Source of the DNA: the human T2T-CHM13v2.0 reference genome, Homo sapiens
Direction: 5' to 3' (one strand)
DNA length: 64,000 nt
Assembly: GCF_009914755.1 (NCBI RefSeq)
Contig: NC_060926.1
Shown: positions 55,129 to 64,000 of the stretch, one piece after another
How positions within the stretch are numbered: position 1 is the first letter of the stretch
How the letters are laid out: each line of letters opens with the position of its first letter
Position numbers and translations under genes: made by a program
Notes under the pieces: generated by a model
What the model saw: the letters and a program-made list of their open reading frames with translations, nothing else
What the model was told of the DNA's origin: nothing
Database searches by the model: none

Positions 55129-55131
<3 letters not shown>

Positions 55132-55166
<35 letters not shown>
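55132..55166. repeat. (CA)n microsatellite
   Basis: Directly visible. Confidence 0.92.
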
Positions 55167-55168
<2 letters not shown>

Positions 55169-55188
55169 TAGAATCACACAGTATAGAT

Positions 55189-55567
55189 CATGGATCAACA
55201 AACTATGGCTTATGATCCAAATCTGTCCTGCCATCTGTTTTTGTATGGCCTGTAAGGTAAGAATGGCTTTTGCATTTTTAAGTGGTTGAAAACAAAACTT
55301 AAAAAAGAATATTCCATGACATATAATAATTATATGAAACTCAAATTTCAATGTCCATAATAAAGTTTTTTTTGGAACACAACTATGTCTACTGGTTAAC
55401 ATATTGTCCACAGCTACTATCACAATACAACAGCCTAGTCTAAATAGTTGCAACTCACAGAGTAATATGATTCTAAAATATTTACCTAAAATAATTTAAA
55501 ATTTAGATAAAATATCCTAAAATATTCACCATCTGACCCTTTTACAGAAGAGGTTTGCTGACTTCTG
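55189..55567. mobile_element. MER58B-like hAT DNA transposon
   Basis: CA...AAACTATGGC...AATTATATGAAACTCAAATTTCAATGTCCATAATAAAG...TTTGCTGACTTCTG; degenerate 8-bp TSD GTATAGAT/GTTTAGAG. Confidence 0.75.
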
Positions 55568-56781
55568 GTTTAGAGAGCTGTTCAGCTTAAAATAGTATTA
55601 TGAGTCCTTTGTTTTCAATACTTTGTAGAAATAATATTTTTAGTGGCTATTTAAACTCCCATCACATGGGATGCCATAATTTATGCAATTATTCCCCTGT
55701 TGTTAAATTTTAAATCTGCTTTGCATTTATAACTATTGTAAGTAATGTTGAGCTGAGTCAATTCCAATAATCCTCATTTAATTTGACTTCTGGGTCCTTT
55801 CATACAAATCTTTGTAGACCCCTCTTGTGTTCATAAAATAAATTTTTAAAAGTGAAATTACTGGGTTAAGGATTATCCACAAGGCTTGATGCAATTGCTA
55901 CATTGTTCTCCAGAAAGTTTGTACCAATTGACTAGCAATATCATAATAGATTAAAATTGTTTACTTATCTGACTTCCCCACTAACCCTTGAACTGTTTTT
56001 TATTCCTTGTGTGTAATGCAGTGTGTAACATAGAAAGTACACAACAGATGCATGAGGAGTGAATAGCCAGGCCTGGGTGATGCTCATTTGCCCAGGTCCA
56101 TTTCAAGCACTGCAGAGCAGTGTTTCTCAATCTTGAGAACACAAGAACTCAGAGAATAAGCTATGGATCCCCAGTTTGAGAAAATACGAAAAAAGTCAAA
56201 CACTGCCATTCCTTTAGCACCAGTGAAATGAAAATACAAGCACAAGTGTAAGCATTGAAATTTGGTAGCATATATTAAATATTTTTAAATCAAAATTTGA
56301 GATTATTTTAGATACTTACGCATCTCTCACAGTATATTTGTGAACTCTTAGGGACATGAGAAGCACAATTTGAGAAACAGCTTAATAGAGGAAACGAAGA
56401 AAGGAGTGTAGTCTTGGGAGTATCACCTAAATGTGCTGATGTGCAGCTGCAGTGTCAGCAACCAACACCAGAGATAATCTATGCCAATGAACTGTGGAGT
56501 CAATATACTCCAACTGGCTAGAAACCACTTCTGCCTTTCCAGGCTTATGGTTGCAGCATTTGTGGAAGGTAAGAAGAGAATAGCAGCTTGAGGTGGAAAA
56601 AAAATCATAAAGTTGAACTAAAAAGATCAGAGGAGGAGGTAAAAAGAGATGGAGGGCTGTGCTAGATAGCAAAGCATCTGGAAATCAGAGAACCTTGGGG
56701 GGCACAGGCAGGAATGGCAGGATTAACAGAGCCAAGAAGACAAAAGACATTACGGAGTTTGATGTAAGAAAGTGGAGACCA

Positions 56782-57874
<1,093 letters not shown>

Positions 57875-58379
57875 ACACTCCCCAGAAAGAAGGTTGAGAC
57901 CAGAAAGGACACTGTAATGAATGGGGTAAAGCTCCCAGGAAACATCACAAATACATCAAAATAATAACTCTCACAAATAGAGTAGGACTGATATTCTTTT
58001 TGTGAACTCAAAATAGTTATAAAAGCTATTCTGCCAGAAACATAAGTAAACAGTAGAGCAATTACTGATTTAACTTGATTGATGTATTGAGTCAATCCGG
58101 AAAATGGGATAAAGATCTATTTTGCCCAGTGATTGTTTTTGGGTGGAATTAACCTTATATTGTCATTTATATTAACTTTCTAAAATAAAATTGAAAATTT
58201 TTCTTCTCATGAAAAGGAGACAATTTTGGTCATGAAGAAAATGTTGACATAATATTATCTTTCATGTATAAAGATTATGTTTTCCAACAACAAAAAAAAT
58301 CATGCACATTGAGCTGTTTCTCCAGCGGTGGAGATGAATTTGCCTTGAGTGGCCACATTGTGAAATAAACCTCCTGTCA

Positions 58380-58632
58380 AAGCATGGCATGCAGCGTAAC
58401 ATAGTGATTAAGAACCAGACCCTGGAGTCCACATTCTGGTTCCACCAGGTAGTAGCTCTGCACATTTTATAAATTACTTTTTCTCACTAGGCCTCAGCCT
58501 GTTATAAAATATGAACACTAATAATAACTATCTTATAAGATTTTGTGAAGATTAAATGAAGTAATCCATGGAAGCTCTTAGTAAAGTGCCTCAAATATAG
58601 TAAGTATGTAATAAATATTAGCTATTATTTTA
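58380..58632 (+). mobile_element. MIR
   Basis: AGTGATTAAGAAC...GATTAAATGAAGTAATCCATGGAAGCTCTTAG...AATAAATATTAGCTATTAT. Confidence 0.7.
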
Positions 58633-59800
58633 ATTATGTTTATCTTTTTGTGTACCTTCTAACTACTATTATTATTGTGTATTTATCAACCACTTGTAGG
58701 GAACATATTGAAGTCACAGTAGGAATAAACTAAGTGGACACCATACCCACAAGAGGAAACAAAAACTTATTTCTGATTTGAAATGTCTACATGGAATGCC
58801 AATCATGATAGCTTGCAATGACAATTTCAGAAATGATGAAAGTTCAAAACATAAGATATTTTAATCTGAATCCAAGTAACAATGATTTACTGTCAAGAAA
58901 CATGTATGTTAGAATATGTTTTTAAAATAATTGCTTTTTTTTCAGAATAAAAACGCAATCATTCATTTTGTTCTTAAACTTCATACTCATTCTCTATGAT
59001 GAAATGATTTATTTTTTGTATATGAAAACAAATAATTGTATCACATATGCTGATGAGGTGGAGGGTACAAACATCTACTACTTAAAATTGAATGTAGAAA
59101 TGTAGTAAACTTGGCAAAAGTCTACATTGTATAAAGTCCAAGTCTTGGCATTTGGGGCTTCATAGTAAATACAATTACCTCAACAAATTTGGTCTATTGG
59201 TTTCTGAAATCCATGTTAAAATAAGAATGAAATGTTGCATTTTGGGATTTGTAGTTCCTTTGGGCTGAAGACTGCATTAATGATTAGGGAGATACTGATA
59301 TATTCCTCTCTATGCATCCTTGGGTCATCCCTCCCTAAAATAAAATGAACATATGTGAGAGCAAACATATGTTGTCATTATTGCTACCATATTGCCAATG
59401 CTTATAATCATCTTCTGCTACTTCTTCTAATGCTAATAATTTTTCTAATACATTTGTTTCAAAAAATCATACAATGCATACAAATGATCAATTTTTAAGA
59501 ATAATAGTCGTTTGCTGATAGGTAAATTATATGTCAAAATTGTTCATGGAACTGTTATCCATGGTATTTGATAGAATTGTATTTGAATTAATAAATACTT
59601 TATTGTCAATTTGATTCTAATTCTACTGCCAAGCATTTCTGTAATTAATCTTTCAGAGTCAAGATGAAGATGCCATCTGAAATTTCTATTCTATGAATGA
59701 CATCTGGATATTGATTTCCTGAAATTTTCTTGAAACTACACCTTGTCCTCTCTAGTAAGTATCTAAAATGCTTCCTAAATAAAGAACATTAAAGACTAAA

Positions 59801-60099
59801 TTTTTTTTTTGTTTTTGAGACAGAGTCTTGCTCTGTTGCCCAGGCTGGAGTGCAGTGGCACGATCTTGGCTAACTGCAACCTCTGCCTCCCAGGTTCAAG
59901 CCATCCTCCTGCCTCGGCCCCACCTAGTAGCTGGGATTATAGGCACACGCCAGTGTGCCTGACTAATTTTTGTATTTTTTGGGGAGATGGGGTTTTGCCA
60001 TGTTGGCCAGGCTGGTTTTGAACTCCTGACCTCAGGTTATCCACCTGCCTCGGCCTCCCAAAGTGCTGGGATTACTGGCATGAGCCACCGCCCCCGGCC
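59801..60099 (-). mobile_element. AluS
   Basis: TSD TAAAGACTAAATT on both sides. Confidence 0.9.
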
Positions 60100-60625
60100 T
60101 AAAGACTAAATTCTTAAAAGCCACAAAAATTTTTTTGGCTTCTTGAGAGCTTTTAAATCACCAAAGAGCTTACAATTTAGGGAAGACTTTAGGAATGCTC
60201 TATTCAAACCTAATATGAACAAATTTCTTTAAATATTTTCAACTACACATGATTAATTGACAGTGATTTCCCTCCAATTAGACTATCTGTAATGAAAAAT
60301 ATGCAGGTAAATGGATCTAAACTATTCCACAAAAACTCATTCATAGGTTTTCTTATACTTGTGAACATTATTTGGAGAATTTAAAAAAAAAAGGTTTAGA
60401 AAATTATTAAACAACGTAACACACTGGGATTGTTTAAATAGTTTTAAAATACGTTATAATGTATATATTACAGGAGGAAAAGACAGCAAATTAATTCAAA
60501 GATGAGATGCATTTAGAGATTATTTACATATGTGATTCATCTATTAAGAAACAATAAAAAAGTAACATTGTAATGAACAAGCATATTACATTATAAACAA
60601 TCTTTTTACCAGAAGTTACAAATAA

Positions 60626-61036
<411 letters not shown>

Positions 61037-63569
61037 TAGATCACACAGAACCTTATTTTCCTCTTCTCTGTCATTCCAGTGAGGATACACCTCCAACAGC
61101 CACAAAGAAGCCAGCCTAGCTCTCAGTCCAGGTACCAACTATCCAGGAGAATCATTACTTCCTCTCAGGCAGCTTCAAGGCTGAAACAATGGCCCATGAC
61201 TTCTGTCTCTCCTCAATCAATTCCCTCACTGGAGTTCTTCCCCTGAACAAAGACCAGCTTGTTCATTTGCATTTCATTGGCAGATAATATTACTTGAGAT
61301 ATCATTCAATTTGTTATTTTTATCTTAACATACACGGGGGTGGGGAGGAGAAAAAGAAATTAAGCAAACTGTGAATGTCCCTTTGTTCAGTGTTATCTGT
61401 TTCTGTTAACTATGTAAGATGTTGGTAGATGGCAAACAAACTCCCTGAGAAAAAAACAGTGGGAGTTTTCATATGAAAGTGTTCAGAGAGTGGTTCAATG
61501 ATCACTCTGCAAGGTATTGTAGGAAATATCTGCACCCATCTGAGAGATTAACTGGATGCCTTCTAAGGACCCATCTATTTCCATGGTTTAGTGATACAAT
61601 AATTAATTAATTTATGCAACAGATAATGAGTATTTACCATTTGCAAGGCACAAGGAGTAGCTGAAATCTAGAAACTTTGCATGTGAAATGTTTAACTTTT
61701 TTGTCTAACACATTTCATACAAGGGTTTAAAATTAGATCCAGGGTTGGCGAGAGACATATAATATCTAAGACGTTATTGAAATACAAGAATAAAACCATT
61801 GTTTTCACTGTTGAAGAGAAGGAATGTTTCCTCACTTGGTAATGTAAAATTTGTTTTTGCCATTAAAGACTGATTTTTCTTTCTACATTAAACATATTAA
61901 ACTCTAATAGGAAAATTAAGCCACCTATTGATTTTTTTCTTTTCTTTTTGCCAATAGAATAACACTTTTCTTCTCTCTCAGTAGAACCCTCCTTCCATGT
62001 GAGAAACCAATGACACAGGATTTTGGGAAGGATCAACCTGCTCCTTCACCCACTGACAAGGGAAAGTAATGACATAGGGCCAGCTCCATAAGAGTTGCCA
62101 TCCCCCTTGTCAATGAGTTGATGGGCCCAAGGATGAAAACATGATTGATTCAAGGATGGAAAATGATTAAAGTCTGGAAAATCAGGTTCCACAGAATCTT
62201 TTCTGCTGAGGGTATCTGTAAAGATTCTATTCACTAGTTACAAATTTGGTAAGATGTGAGCTTGGTGTAGCTGACTGGCCATACCATCAGCTATGTGTAG
62301 ACAGACTGTCCATGAGCTGGAGAGACAGAACCTTGACAATGTTACAGTATTCCTGTATTCAGCCTTCTTCTAACTTGGTCTCCTACTTATGCAAATAAAC
62401 ACAGAGACCTAATCCACATTTTTCATGGCTTCTCCAAACTGAACTTAATAAACATGTGAAGTAAATTGAAATCTTTAAATCACCTCTGTTTATCAAAAGT
62501 ATTGCATCTGATAAACATCATTATTTAGCTGCTTTAAAATGCATGTTACTTTGGAACATGGTTTTTGAACAGAGTCAACTGTCAATTCCTGAAGATCAGC
62601 TCTGTTTCCCCAATATCCACCTTCTGACTGCCCATTCAGCACCTCTCTAGACACAAAATGTCTAAATGAGATTTTTATTTTAAATGGGTGAGGGTCAGAA
62701 ACAAATAATTTTTTTAAAAAATTTAATGTCAAATAAGGGTCTTGGTTTTGACATCTATAATAAAACCTCAACTAATGAATGCAATAATACTATCTCTTCT
62801 TTTACCAAGCAAAAAGATTAAATGTTTTAAAACATTTCTTTCAAAATATGTTTGAAATAAACAACATGCCGTGACTGTCAAGTTTGGCTTCAAATGATTT
62901 TTCCTGTCTCCATTATTTAATATATGTCTGAATTAACTACCAATATTATGTCCAGTTGTCATCACTTAGATTATCTATCACAATCACGCAGTGATGTTAA
63001 TTGATTCAGAAGTAGTACCAGAGAATACATTTTCTTAGTTTAGCTCATAAAATCTCAGGGTAACAGTGTTCACAAGATGACTGATGTCATCGTCTATGTT
63101 CTAAGATCTGTTTTCTTCTTCAGAGCAGATATTTTATCAAAATGACTGAGCCCTAATTTTAAAATTAAAATGAACAGAACTGCTGAAAGTCTGAATAAAT
63201 AGATAGGCTTTAGGCTATATGTATCTCTTGTTTTAATAAATTGGTATTTTAGAGTATTTTGGTCAAACAAAAATATACAACCACACTGTTAGTCATACTG
63301 CTAGTCTTTGCTAACATTAGAGTTCAGCCATGCTCATTCATTTATCAAATACTTGAGGAGCCTCCACCATGTGCCTGACTTTGCAAGACTTTCCAAGGAC
63401 ACTAGGAGACATATGACATGGCAGCTTCAGCAAGGCAGGCTAATATAACCAACCTGCTCCCGCAGCATTTGGTAGGTGTCATGGGCACTGAGCAGCTGAG
63501 CCCTTTGTAAGACCTCTGAAGCCAATCCTTCCTATTCTCCCTCTACAACTTGATGTGCTCAAACCTCAC

Positions 63570-63742
63570 TCAGTGAACTGGCTGCACCAGTGCTACCTGG
63601 GGGAAATTTTGGAAAATACAGATCCCCAGGTCCCACTTCAGAGGATTCTGACTCAATAGGTTTGGAGTAAAAGCCGCGAATCTCTTCTTTTAAAACTCCT
63701 CAGTTGACTGTAACATACAACCACGTTTTGGAAGCACCACTC
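63570..63742. mobile_element. MER5-like hAT fossil
   Basis: AAATACAGATCCCCAGGTCCCAC...GATTCTGACTCAATAGGTTTGG. Confidence 0.65.
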
Positions 63743-64000
63743 CACATATATATTCTGGGGTGGAAAAATCAGGGCACCAATTCATGAGTAAGATATTAGG
63801 GCATTTGAAAAGTCTTGAGTCCCCCAAATATCTCTACCCACAGGACTATCAGGGTACCTGAAAATGTCCCTCTTCACTGTTGTTCTTTTAACTTTAGATG
63901 TTCTCTCTATAAAGTTCTGAATACAGAGCACAATCAGGTCACTCCTCAGGCTATCACTTGTCAATGATTATTCATCAGCCATAAGATAAAGAGAAACCTC

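Overview
Primate (human or great-ape) genomic DNA, almost entirely intronic. It lies inside CCDC141 (CAMDI), which is transcribed on the minus strand. Three coding exons are visible: 33736-33545, 30226-30118 and 16544-16291. They splice into one open frame of 185 codons (ALEDRVW...ENALE / FAIKIDQ...HHTK / ELLERSL...QENQ). The middle exon is missing from the ORF track and ends at a non-canonical GC donor. The rest is a dense transposon record: two full-length L1s antisense to the gene (L1PA7-like 20384-27171 and L1PA3/2-like 37521-43560, the latter nested in an older L1M), a complete THE1 provirus in the gene's sense direction, solo LTRs, about 15 Alus, DNA-transposon fossils, and an RPS6 processed pseudogene split by an Alu. 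I found no prokaryote-type system (CRISPR, operon, defence island). The best leads are testable RNA-level hypotheses: L1 antisense-promoter chimeras into CCDC141 exons, a stop-free in-frame circRNA of the three exons, and GC-donor-dependent splicing. Gene identity, exon numbering and repeat subfamilies come from recalled sequences, not from a database search.
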